This document shows positions 23,509 through 32,000 of a stretch of 32,000 nt of DNA, one piece after another. How positions within the stretch are numbered: position 1 is the stretch's first letter; each line of letters starts with the position of its first letter. The stretch is from Candidatus Nitrospira inopinata (GTDB taxonomy: Bacteria; Nitrospirota; Nitrospiria; Nitrospirales; Nitrospiraceae): positions 2,970,001 through 3,002,000 of the forward strand of contig NZ_LN885086.1 in assembly GCF_001458695.1 (NCBI RefSeq). Reading direction: 5' to 3'. The position numbers and the translations under genes are program-made. The notes below the pieces were generated by a model. It did not search any database. It was given only the letters and a program-made list of their open reading frames with translations, and was not told the origin of the DNA.

Positions 23509-24609
23509 TCACGCAGGCAGAGACTCCCGATTCTCGACGGTTTCTGACAGAAGTGCGGTGCGGTCCGATTCTAAACTCGAATAGCCCTTGCTGTAATCAG
23601 TGCCCATGAACCGGCAGCCGTTGAAGCCGCCGAGGCCGGGAATCACTTCGTACGAAAGCAGTTCGAATCGACGGTTCAGCAGGAACACCACTCCGGCGGC
23701 CGAGGACCGCTTTTCCCTGTTGGTTGATGTGCCGCCGACGATGACGATGTGTTCGTCATCCATCGAAAAATCCTTGCAGAAATATTGACTCGGATCGTAC
23801 GGGAACACGAGAGTCTCCTCCATCATGAGTCCCGCCTTGCGCGGATGGGACGTCTGCGCCTGAGACCTCCAGGAGAAACAACTGAGATGAAACATGCGGC
23901 CGTCAATGACGGATAGAGCATGAGACTCCCAACCCAGGGCGCGCCGTTCCAGCTCATTCCAGTCGAGATCAAATTTGGCATAGCCGCCCTGCCCTGGGCG
24001 GCCGGCATAGCGATTCAGACAGACGTAATAATGCCGGCCGTCGCAGAAGACGTTGTTCAGGTGGAAATAATCCAGGATGTGCGGCTGCAGCGGAATTCTT
24101 CGCTGAACATTGAGATCCAGATCCATGACCCAGACTTCGTTCCACGTCGTCGCGGCCGCATACAGAGACGAACCGTACAGGTTCATTTGGTGGAGGCCCG
24201 GCTTGTCGTACGGGATGACACGTGAGTGAGCCCCGAGCTCCGTCCAGAACCACCGCATCAATTTTCTGGCCTGACCCCGAAGAGGTGGAGGAAAGGGGCT
24301 GCGGATCCGGATGTCCTGTAGTTGGGTGCCGCACAACCGGCCGCTGGCAAGAAACGTCGCCCCTGACAAAAACACCTGATCATCTTTGTGCGTCACACCG
24401 AAGACAGATTCGCGATCAGGATGTTGAAAGAGGACCTCGAATCGACGAGAACCCAAATCGAGTCGAATGAGCTTTCCACTTTCAGTGGTGACGAGCAGCG
24501 ATTTGCCTCCCTGTTGCATGACGTCCTCCAACATGATCATCATTCTCATGCGCACACCGTGCGCGGCCTGCCAACCGCAGGCCCTGAAGTCATACCATTC
24601 GGCCCTCAT
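23509..24609 (-). CDS. Uncharacterised protein (~340-366 aa, start uncertain), probably a soluble repeat/beta-rich fold
   Basis: A long ORF inside the LPS operon with coding-like composition. No signal peptide, TM segment or catalytic motif that I recognise. The start is uncertain: possible starts are TTG 24618, ATG 24609, or the Met cluster at 24549-24534. None has a clear SD. Confidence 0.6.
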   Translation of the reverse strand: MRAEWYDFRACGWQAAHGVRMRMMIMLEDVMQQGGKSLLVTTESGKLIRLDLGSRRFEVLFQHPDRESVFGVTHKDDQVFLSGATFLASGRLCGTQLQDIRIRSPFPPPLRGQARKLMRWFWTELGAHSRVIPYDKPGLHQMNLYGSSLYAAATTWNEVWVMDLDLNVQRRIPLQPHILDYFHLNNVFCDGRHYYVCLNRYAGRPGQGGYAKFDLDWNELERRALGWESHALSVIDGRMFHLSCFSWRSQAQTSHPRKAGLMMEETLVFPYDPSQYFCKDFSMDDEHIVIVGGTSTNREKRSSAAGVVFLLNRRFELLSYEVIPGLGGFNGCRFMGTDYSKGYSSLESDRTALLSETVENRESLPA

Positions 24610-24851
24610 AATAGACAAGCCGGACCCAGAAGCAAGCGCACATCCGGATTCAACCGCGCAGCTCGACCACCACGGACATTAGAAGCAACCTCAAACGGCA
24701 GCAAGGGCCGAACCATTCCCGCGGACGCGGATCAACCTGGCACGTAACGCAGCGGCCTCACGACGGTCGGAGTGTCCGGCATGATGGAAGGATCGGTTCG
24801 GCGCTCGAAACAACGCGGCAAGGCAAACCGTTGCGCTCCGCACGATGGCGA

Positions 24852-26747
24852 TTACGACACTCGTTCGGACAAGGAGGGTTTAAAGCTGGGAATAAGCCGT
24901 TTGAGGTCTTGCAGCAGTTCATCGTCGTCGCTTCCGGGAAGACTGCTCTCCAGCCTCTCCAACCATCGGTCCAACTCGTCCACAGGCACCGGGACCCCAA
25001 CCGCCTGATTGATCTTTGCATGGGGGGTCTTTTCCACCTGTTCACTTGCTTCAAACAGCTCTTCGTACAGCTTTTCTCCCGGCCGCAACCCGGTGTAGAC
25101 GATCTCGATATCCTTCCCCGGCACAAGACCGGACAACACGATCATGTTCCGCGCCAAGTCGGCCACCCTGATCTGCTCGCCCATATCGAGGACGAACACC
25201 TCTCCTCCCTGCCCCATGACACTGGCTTGCAGAACAAGCTGGACGGCTTCGGGAATCGTCATGAAAAATCTCCGGATCTCCGGGTCCGTCACGGTCACCG
25301 GCCCGCCCTTGCGGATCTGTTCGGCAAACAACGGCACGACGCTGCCGTTGCTCCCCAACACATTTCCAAACCGCACGACCGTGAATTTGGTGAGTCCCTT
25401 GTGACTGAACCCCCGCACCAGGTGTTCGGCGATCCGTTTGGTCGCCCCCATCACGCTCGACGGATTGACCGCCTTGTCCGTCGAGATGAGCACGAACCGA
25501 TCGACGCCGGACTTCATCGACTCTTCAGCCACCACGCGAGTCCCGATGACATTGTTCCGAACCGCTTCCTTGGGGTTGAGTTCCATCAACGGCACATGTT
25601 TGTGCGCGGCCGCATGAAAGACAAGGTCGGGCTTGGCCTGCCGAAAGACTTCGGCCACACGATCGGGCATGGTGACATCCGCAACTATTGGGAGCACACC
25701 GACTCGAGGAAAGGCCGCGCGCAGCTCCAACAACAACGCATGCAGAGCGTTTTCATATCGTTCGAACAGGACCAACGACTCCGGTTTGTATCGCGCAATC
25801 TGCCGACATAATTCGGAGCCGATAGAGCCGCCGGCGCCGGTGACCAACACGGTTTTCCCTTCGATCAACGGATGCAGCTCCTGGCAATCCGTTTGAATCG
25901 GCTCACGCTGCAGCAGGTCCTCGAGGCTCATCGGACGGACTTGCTGGAGCGACACAGGATCGCCGAGCAGCCGTTTGACGCTGGGAAGGATCTTGATCGG
26001 CGCCGTGCAGCCTTCGGACCCCGCAAGAATCTTTTGTTTTACATGGGTGGACGCCGACGGAATGGCCACGATGATCTCATGGGCCTCCACCCGATCCGCC
26101 ACCGTCTTGATGTCGGCCGTCGTGCCCAACACGGGGATGCCGTGAATCTTCATCTTCCGCTTGACCGGATCGTCGTCCACAAAGGCGACCGGACGACTGT
26201 TATAGTCGGGATCGGACAGCATATCTCTGACCAACTGCTCACCCGCATTCCCCGCTCCGACGATCAACACCCGCCGCGCGGTCGGCCCGATGATCTGGAG
26301 CCATTCTCGGAACCACCGTACCCCCAACCTGATGCCCGCCAAATAGAGCCCGCTGAGCAGGCCCGTCAGAATGATGACCGACCGAGGATATTCGGTATTT
26401 CCGAGGATCAGGTGGACCACTCCGTAAAAGAGCGTCGCACTGGCAAGAGACGCCCACAGAATCCTGCCCAAATCGTGCAGACCGACATAACGCCACAGCC
26501 CGCGCTGAATCCCGAAGACCCACAAGCCTGAACCGAAGATCAGCAGGACGGCGGGCAGATGCTTCCACATGACCGACCGATACAGAGGCGGAATGTCCGC
26601 ATCGAACCGCAACGCGAAGGCGGTGAGGTTGGCGGCGGCAATGAGCGCCAACTGCGTACCGATGACGACCAACGAACGATAGTCCAGCAACAGCTGGCCG
26701 TATCGCTGGGCAATGGCGTGGAACAGTTTTGCGGCAAGCTGTTTCAT
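24852..26747 (-). CDS. Membrane-anchored polysaccharide biosynthesis NDP-sugar 4,6-dehydratase/epimerase (CapD/WbpM/PglF type)
   Basis: Four N-terminal TM helices. The first Rossmann region is LIVGAGNAGEQL. The SDR domain has VLVTGAGGSIGSEL, STDKAVNP and MGATKR. The start at 26747 forms an ATGA overlap with the upstream GT9 stop. Confidence 0.88.
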   Translation of the reverse strand: MKQLAAKLFHAIAQRYGQLLLDYRSLVVIGTQLALIAAANLTAFALRFDADIPPLYRSVMWKHLPAVLLIFGSGLWVFGIQRGLWRYVGLHDLGRILWASLASATLFYGVVHLILGNTEYPRSVIILTGLLSGLYLAGIRLGVRWFREWLQIIGPTARRVLIVGAGNAGEQLVRDMLSDPDYNSRPVAFVDDDPVKRKMKIHGIPVLGTTADIKTVADRVEAHEIIVAIPSASTHVKQKILAGSEGCTAPIKILPSVKRLLGDPVSLQQVRPMSLEDLLQREPIQTDCQELHPLIEGKTVLVTGAGGSIGSELCRQIARYKPESLVLFERYENALHALLLELRAAFPRVGVLPIVADVTMPDRVAEVFRQAKPDLVFHAAAHKHVPLMELNPKEAVRNNVIGTRVVAEESMKSGVDRFVLISTDKAVNPSSVMGATKRIAEHLVRGFSHKGLTKFTVVRFGNVLGSNGSVVPLFAEQIRKGGPVTVTDPEIRRFFMTIPEAVQLVLQASVMGQGGEVFVLDMGEQIRVADLARNMIVLSGLVPGKDIEIVYTGLRPGEKLYEELFEASEQVEKTPHAKINQAVGVPVPVDELDRWLERLESSLPGSDDDELLQDLKRLIPSFKPSLSERVS

Positions 26748-27901
26748 GCGCGCCGTTGCATGGTCGAGAGCACCGACATTCGACTCATTGACCGATCGCA
26801 TGGTTCATCCGGCCTTCCCAGGGTCAGCATCGTTTCCACGGCGTGAATCACGCGGTCAACGGACAGATTCTGGAGGCAGTCGCTCCGACTGTCGATATGG
26901 CGATCGCAGCCTTCGGCATAACAGGGCACACAGTCTCCTTCACCTTGGAGGAGCAGCACATTACCCTGCCGCTGAGTTCCCTTGGTCTTCCATGGACTGT
27001 TTTCGCAGAACGGAAAGTCCTTGGGCCACGGCCCCCACTTGACCGGATTCGACGGCCCGAACAACACCACCGTGGGAGCCCCCACCGCCGCCGCCATGTG
27101 ACTCACCGCCGTATCGGTGCCCACATACACCGCCGCACGGCTCAAGAGATAGCCCAACGCCGGCAGGCCGAGTTGACCGGCAAGATTGACCGAGCCTCCC
27201 GGTAAGCGCCGCGTCACATCCTCGCAATAGGCCAGTTCCTCCTGCGTGTCTCCCCCCGTGACGATCACCGGCAGTCCTTGGTCCGTCAGCCACCGTCCGA
27301 GCCCGGCCCATCCCTCCGCCGTCCACATCTTATAGGAGAATTTCGGGGACACATGGAGCACGGCAAAGGGCCGGTGGCCCAAGACAGACGGAAAGAGACG
27401 CTGAACCGCTTCCTCATCGTCTCCCTTCCACTCGACAACCGGGTTAGCAAGGGGCTTGATCCCCACCGGCTCCAGAAGGCGGAGATTCATGGCGACGGTA
27501 TGGGTGTCCAATCTGTCGAACGGTACCCATTGGTTCAGCAACCTCCGCTTCCACCAGGCTTTCTTGCCGGGTCGCAAAAGACCCACGCGGCGCCGTCCTG
27601 CAACCCATGCATAGAACGTCGGGCGGTCCCCCGCCAAGACTGACAGGGCCAGATCGTACCGGCGCCAGAGAGACCGCAACAACCTCGCATGGGCGGCAGT
27701 CGTCGGTCGTTCGGCCACCGTCCAGACTCGATCGATGTCGGGATTGGCCGAGATCACGTCTTCAGTCCCTTCAAAGACCAACATGTCGATCGCGGCGGTT
27801 GGATAAGCGGTTTTGAGCGATCGCACGACGGGCGTCGCCAGTAACACGTCGCCGATGCGGCGTGTACAGATCACCAGCACATGGGCAACAGGGCCGATCA
27901 C
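26744..27901 (-). CDS. Glycosyltransferase family 9 (LPS heptosyltransferase-like)
   Basis: VLVICTRRIGDVLLATPVVRSLK is the typical GT9 N-terminus. The C-terminal region is GGDTQEE...VGTDTAVSHMAAAVGAPTVVLFGPSNP. Confidence 0.85.
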   Translation of the reverse strand: MIGPVAHVLVICTRRIGDVLLATPVVRSLKTAYPTAAIDMLVFEGTEDVISANPDIDRVWTVAERPTTAAHARLLRSLWRRYDLALSVLAGDRPTFYAWVAGRRRVGLLRPGKKAWWKRRLLNQWVPFDRLDTHTVAMNLRLLEPVGIKPLANPVVEWKGDDEEAVQRLFPSVLGHRPFAVLHVSPKFSYKMWTAEGWAGLGRWLTDQGLPVIVTGGDTQEELAYCEDVTRRLPGGSVNLAGQLGLPALGYLLSRAAVYVGTDTAVSHMAAAVGAPTVVLFGPSNPVKWGPWPKDFPFCENSPWKTKGTQRQGNVLLLQGEGDCVPCYAEGCDRHIDSRSDCLQNLSVDRVIHAVETMLTLGRPDEPCDRSMSRMSVLSTMQRRA

Positions 27902-28750
27902 TCACACCTTTCTCAAGAACGCCGGCATGTCGTGGCCCTTGTGGCACCACATGGCCGGCACATTCAACACTTCGGCCACAATTTTCAATGTCCGGTACAC
28001 CACGTGGGATGCTTGAAACGACTCCGCGAACCGCACCCGCTTGGTCTCCAGCCGTTCAATCCGAAATCCACAGCGGCCGGCCAATCGTTCCAGCGAACGG
28101 GGCGTAAAAAAACTGATGTGGCCCCCGTACCGTTCCATGTGAAAATAATCCCAGCGCTCGCGCATGATCGACACGGTCCAACTGTCGGCATTGCCGGTCC
28201 CGATCACCAGGATTCCACCGGGCGCCAAGATATTCCAGATTTCTTTGACCACGTCAATCGGCTGACGGAGGTGCTCGATCACTTCCATCATGGTCACGGC
28301 TTGAAATCGCTCGGCGGGATACCGCGCCTCGTGCAACATCCCGGCAAACACCGTCAACCCGGCCGCTCGCGCCGTCTCCGCCGCACGCATCGCCGGTTCC
28401 ACACCTTCGGCCTCGATGCCTTCCTTCACCGCACTGAGCAGCAAGGCCTCGCTGGAGCAGCCGACATCCAGCAGATGAAATGACGAACCAGGGTTGAGTC
28501 CCAGCAGTTCGCGCACCCTTGCGAACAACCGCCTGGCCCGCTGATCATGACGCTTCTGCGAGAGCTGGCTTGGCAACGTGCCGGCGTGCGTGTCGAACTT
28601 CGCGAGCGCCGCGAGGTAGTCGGTTTCCTCGATCTGGCTCACGAGGTGCCCACATGCCGTGCAAACCAGCAACGGCCCCTCCGGCATGGCAATGTCGCTC
28701 TCTCGAAACCCCGCGCCACACCCGGCGGGGCATGAGGTGACCAAGAGCAT
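27902..28750 (-). CDS. Class I SAM-dependent methyltransferase with an N-terminal Cys4 zinc-ribbon
   Basis: CPAGCG...CTACGH is the Cys4 ribbon. The SAM motif I is LLDVGCSSE, followed by APGGILVI and then GHISFF. Its stop abuts the GT9 start (27902/27901). Confidence 0.8.
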   Translation of the reverse strand: MLLVTSCPAGCGAGFRESDIAMPEGPLLVCTACGHLVSQIEETDYLAALAKFDTHAGTLPSQLSQKRHDQRARRLFARVRELLGLNPGSSFHLLDVGCSSEALLLSAVKEGIEAEGVEPAMRAAETARAAGLTVFAGMLHEARYPAERFQAVTMMEVIEHLRQPIDVVKEIWNILAPGGILVIGTGNADSWTVSIMRERWDYFHMERYGGHISFFTPRSLERLAGRCGFRIERLETKRVRFAESFQASHVVYRTLKIVAEVLNVPAMWCHKGHDMPAFLRKV

Positions 28751-28761
28751 GGCACCCTCCT

Positions 28762-29577
28762 TTATCCAATGTGATAGCGATCCAGTCCCTTTTCAGCCCA
28801 CATCCGATCCGATCGAATGAGTGCCTTCAGGCGGGCCCGGTTCTCCGGCATCGCCGATCGATCCTGTTCCGGATGCCACAGATGAAACACCGGCGCCGCG
28901 AATCGGGCGCTCTTGTGCTTGACGCCGGCACGGAGCAACCGAATGACCAGATCGGAGTCCTCGAGCCCCCAGCCTTCATACGATTCATCCAGCCCGTTGA
29001 CGCGAGTCAAGTCATGCCGCCAGACGGAGAGGTTGCAGGTCTTGATCCCTTCCCATCGATTCGGCATCCCCTTGCGAAACGGCCAGTCGGGAACCGTGAG
29101 CAACGGCAACAGTCGATTGACTTCTTTTCGTCCCCACGCCCTCATCCAATCCCTCCATCCCCACTGATGGATCGGCAGGTGCTCGCGCAACACCCGTCCA
29201 GTTAACGCCTCGCTCAGCAAGATACGGTTGGAACCCAAAAAATAGCCGGCCTCGGCCAAGGTCTTATGGGCTTGGACGAAATGGCGGGACGGCACACAGT
29301 CGCCGTCGGTAAAAACAATGTACTCGGCGTCCGTCGCCGCGACCGCCCGATTGCGGATCGCCGCCGCCCGAAATCCGCGGTCTTCATGCCAGACGTGCGT
29401 GAGCGGCATGATCCCACGCCGTTGGAACGATCGGATGACCGCCGCCGTCTCATCGGTCGAACCGTCATCCGCCACGACCAGCACGAAGTCTCGATCACTT
29501 TGATGAGAGTACCCCTCCAGCACACAGGCCAGAGCGTCAGGACGATTGTACGTCGTGACGATCACCGCGGTTTTCAT
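28762..29577 (-). CDS. Glycosyltransferase family 2 (with a galactosyltransferase-type C-terminal region)
   Basis: AVIVTTYNRPDAL, VVADDGSTDET, the DxD motif in FTDGDCV, and later NGLDESYEGWGLEDSDL. The start at 29577 forms an ATGA overlap with the upstream GT2. Confidence 0.85.
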   Translation of the reverse strand: MKTAVIVTTYNRPDALACVLEGYSHQSDRDFVLVVADDGSTDETAAVIRSFQRRGIMPLTHVWHEDRGFRAAAIRNRAVAATDAEYIVFTDGDCVPSRHFVQAHKTLAEAGYFLGSNRILLSEALTGRVLREHLPIHQWGWRDWMRAWGRKEVNRLLPLLTVPDWPFRKGMPNRWEGIKTCNLSVWRHDLTRVNGLDESYEGWGLEDSDLVIRLLRAGVKHKSARFAAPVFHLWHPEQDRSAMPENRARLKALIRSDRMWAEKGLDRYHIG

Positions 29578-30374
29578 CCTGAAGAGAGGTGGTCCGGTCT
29601 CCGCAGCGGGGGCTGCTTGGGAATGGCCCACTGTTCTTGTTGTTCGAACCGTTTCGCGTAACGGTAGAACGTACCTTCAAAGTTGCCGAAGGCGATGACG
29701 AAGCCGGGCCAGCCATCCAACAATCCACGCTTGGCAATGTAATGTTTGAGAAACGACCACATCGCATGCCAGAGCGCCGCGCCCATCGACACCCGCTTGC
29801 CGTCCAGCTTCTGTGCTCCCAGCGTGGAATACCGATTGGCTTTTTTGACGACCTCTTCGAAATCCCTGAAGGGAATCTGCCAAATGGCGTGGCGCAATCG
29901 GCCGACCGGCTTGTCGGTCAACAGTTCATACCCCTCATGGACGGGCAACTCCATGTACTGCATCGCGCCTTTCCGGAACAACTGCGGCTGGCGAAAATTG
30001 GGATACCAGCCTGAATGTTTGATCCACCGCCCCATGAAATAATTCCGCCGCGGCACGAGATAGGCGTCGTGCGCCGGGGTCCTCGACAGAAGCGCCAGAA
30101 TTTCGTCCCGCACTTCGGGCGTACAGATCTCGTCCGTGTCCAGGCTGAAAATCCATTCATGTTGACAGGCCTCAACCGCCCGATTGCGTAAATGCCCGAA
30201 CCCTTCAAAGGGAATTTGGACAATCTTGGCCCCGAGTGCCTGGGCAATGCGATCGGTGCCGTCCGTGCTGTGGGAGTCGGCCACCACCACTTCATCGGCC
30301 CAGAGGACGCTGTTGACGGCATCGGCAATCCTATCAGCCGAGTTATAGGCAATGATATACGCCGACACCTTCAT
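29574..30374 (-). CDS. Glycosyltransferase family 2, WaaE/KdtX-like LPS core glycosyltransferase
   Basis: SAYIIAYNSADRI...WADEVVVADSHSTDGT...FGHLRNRA...SLDTDE matches the WaaE-like pattern (recalled from memory). ATGA overlap with the upstream ligase gene at 30371-30374. Confidence 0.8.
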   Translation of the reverse strand: MKVSAYIIAYNSADRIADAVNSVLWADEVVVADSHSTDGTDRIAQALGAKIVQIPFEGFGHLRNRAVEACQHEWIFSLDTDEICTPEVRDEILALLSRTPAHDAYLVPRRNYFMGRWIKHSGWYPNFRQPQLFRKGAMQYMELPVHEGYELLTDKPVGRLRHAIWQIPFRDFEEVVKKANRYSTLGAQKLDGKRVSMGAALWHAMWSFLKHYIAKRGLLDGWPGFVIAFGNFEGTFYRYAKRFEQQEQWAIPKQPPLRRPDHLSSG

Positions 30375-31660
30375 GACGTTTGCTCCTGCACATCGGGAGA
30401 ATTATGCGCGGCACGACAGTCGTTGTCATGTCGGTGCGCCGGCGCCAATAGCACCCCCAGAAAGGTGGTCACCAGGTGCCCTTCTGCAAAGGTTCGAAAA
30501 TGTGAGCTAAACAGGCTGGTCAGGCACCAGCCACAGAGAATCGCCACCGCCAGCCCTCGAGAGGGACCAGCGGGGGTGGCCACGAGCGCACCTAGCCAGA
30601 TCACAAACACCAGAAGGCCCGGCAGTCCGTGCTGAACGACGATCGCCAAGTATTGATTGTGCGGATCGCCGGCGACTTCCGATCGCCAGTCGTTCGGGTC
30701 GTACTTGCCGGCAATCTGCTCGGCATAGGCGGCTTTAAATCCTCCCGTGCCAATACCCACGATCAAGTGGCGCGCCGCGATCTCCATGGTATGCAGATAA
30801 AACACCTTTCGCACTCCCATCGACGTCAGATCCGCCGACTTCTCCGCATTGTTCCATTCTTGAATCGCTTGCGCCACTCGCTGCTGCATGTGCGGGGAGA
30901 CGGCGAACATCACGGCAACAAGGATCGGCAAGATCAATGCTACAGCGATTCTCTGCTTGCGAGTGACGTGCCACAGGCCAAAGATTATGAGCCCCGCGAA
31001 CAGCGCCAGGTAGCCGCTACGGGCGCCGGAGAGAAAAATCACGTTGCCCGCGAAAAGAACAGCCGGCAACAGCAGCCATCGCACCGGCCCCTGCCATCGC
31101 TTGCCCCACACCAACCAGAGGCAGAGCAACGTGGCGATGGTGAAACTCATGGCTTGGGTGACATTGTTGCGCAACAGTGCCCCTGGCGATTTCCAGAGGC
31201 TGATCCCGCTCAACAGGCTGGCAAACGAAGCGGTCACTCCGACCCCTGCCCCAATTAAGAAAGCGTAGAGGAGCCGCCGTTTCCACAATTCACTGTCAAA
31301 GAGGGCAAACAGGATGATGAACCAGAGGACCGTCCGCCATTTCAGCACATCGGTCCACCGTTCCTGCCAGGAAGCCGGTCCATAGGTCATCCCGACGATG
31401 ACGAGACCGAGAAACGCCAGGCCCCAGTACACCGGCGGATAAGACACCACGCCTTTCAACCGTGCCAGAGCCTCGCCACTGGCCAGAAACGCGATATAGG
31501 TCGCGACCAGGCCGATGCTCGCCACCGTGGGAGAATACAAGAGGCCGACCAACGCAAGGATGGCCGATCCCCTTGCGACTTCGATCATACGATTGGCCCC
31601 TGCCCGCTCAGCCAAGGAGTCCAGAGAAATCACCGAAGATACGGCCTCATGCTTGAGCAC
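30371..31660 (-). CDS. O-antigen ligase/polymerase family (Wzy_C domain) integral membrane protein
   Basis: About 10-12 hydrophobic helices. The central loop region is GARSGYLALFAGLIIFGLW, followed by a periplasmic loop with GDPHNQYL (the H-containing Wzy_C signature). An alternative start is at 31588. Confidence 0.75.
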   Translation of the reverse strand: MLKHEAVSSVISLDSLAERAGANRMIEVARGSAILALVGLLYSPTVASIGLVATYIAFLASGEALARLKGVVSYPPVYWGLAFLGLVIVGMTYGPASWQERWTDVLKWRTVLWFIILFALFDSELWKRRLLYAFLIGAGVGVTASFASLLSGISLWKSPGALLRNNVTQAMSFTIATLLCLWLVWGKRWQGPVRWLLLPAVLFAGNVIFLSGARSGYLALFAGLIIFGLWHVTRKQRIAVALILPILVAVMFAVSPHMQQRVAQAIQEWNNAEKSADLTSMGVRKVFYLHTMEIAARHLIVGIGTGGFKAAYAEQIAGKYDPNDWRSEVAGDPHNQYLAIVVQHGLPGLLVFVIWLGALVATPAGPSRGLAVAILCGWCLTSLFSSHFRTFAEGHLVTTFLGVLLAPAHRHDNDCRAAHNSPDVQEQTS

Positions 31661-32000
31661 GGTAGAAGTATTTCCTCCTCAGCCTCTGAAGCGCAAACTT
31701 GATTCGCTGCACGAACTTGGGAGGAGCCGGCTCCAGTGCGGAGCGAAACGTCCCGTTTTTACTCCCTTGGACCGCCACCGGCTCTTCCAACCAATAGGAC
31801 GCAATGCTCTGTTCGCGATCGATCCGTTCGAACAGGTTGTCGGCGGGCAAGACAATCCCGTGCTGTTCAATCCATGACACACGCAGTTCCGCAGCCCTCC
31901 TGCCCACAATATAGGCTTCGGCCAATCGTCCTCGTGACGATCGATAGAGCCGCCGCCCCGGCACCAGCCGACTGCGCGGTGTGTACAGATTGCCCCCGCT
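31647..32000 (-). CDS. 3' part of an unidentified ORF whose 5' end lies beyond the window edge
   Basis: The frame is open to base 32000 (SGGNLYTPRSRLVPGRRLY...KFALQRLRRKYFYRAQA-stop). It overlaps the ligase-like gene start by 14 nt, consistent with the same operon. No family was recognised. Confidence 0.45.
   Translation of the reverse strand, partial: SGGNLYTPRSRLVPGRRLYRSSRGRLAEAYIVGRRAAELRVSWIEQHGIVLPADNLFERIDREQSIASYWLEEPVAVQGSKNGTFRSALEPAPPKFVQRIKFALQRLRRKYFYRAQA

Noticed and set aside
23509-23560. Possible similarity between the C-terminal tail of the orphan protein (...TVENRESLPA) and the CapD segment LERLESSLPG. This would extend the CapD relic into the orphan gene.
   Set aside because: The match is too short, needs a gap, is in a different frame from the relic, and has spacing to DLKRL that does not fit. 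It is most likely coincidence.
1-32000. CRISPR arrays, IS elements or transposases, toxin-antitoxin pairs, and known anti-phage defence gene signatures.
   Set aside because: No repeat-spacer periodicity, terminal inverted repeats, transposase-like or integrase-like translations, or defence-associated domains were seen in any frame by eye. The helicase pair looks like HelY, an RNA-metabolism helicase, rather than a defence helicase. A dedicated HMM scan (for example DefenseFinder or PADLOC) would be needed to exclude this formally.

Overview
High-GC (by eye about 60%) chromosomal segment from a diderm (Gram-negative-type) bacterium. The phylum cannot be established from the sequence alone. No transposase, integrase, CRISPR array or rRNA was seen.

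Layout:
- 1-3.7 kb (+): the 3' end of glgC, then a Ski2/HelY-type helicase encoded as two ORFs in permuted order. The RecA2+arch+DSHCT half comes first and the RecA1 half second.
- 3.7-5.1 kb (-): an omptin-like outer-membrane protease, translationally coupled to a small single-pass membrane protein.
- 5.2-8.4 kb: an accessory-looking metal (probably zinc) islet starting at tRNA-Phe. It holds a tandem-repeat His-rich protein, a truncated and frameshifted ZIP transporter remnant, a secreted VPLPA-CTERM protein, a poorly explained ~0.7 kb stretch and a Fur-family regulator.
- 8.7-18 kb: housekeeping genes (tatD, yacP-like NYN, amiC, truA, cysE, ispF, ispD, degP/htrA, class I fbaB, fbp).
- 18-32 kb (-): one long LPS / O-antigen sugar operon. 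In transcription order (decreasing coordinates) it holds a partial unknown ORF, an O-antigen ligase-like protein, two GT2s, a methyltransferase, a GT9 heptosyltransferase, a CapD/WbpM-type dehydratase, an uncharacterised 369-aa protein, a relic of a second CapD 3' end, rmlD, a KdsC-like phosphatase, manC, manB and DUF3108.

The most unusual items are the split, order-swapped helicase, the decaying Zur-like islet next to tRNA-Phe, and the orphan gene plus CapD relic inside the LPS operon. All calls rest on reading the supplied translations and sequence. No database search was run.
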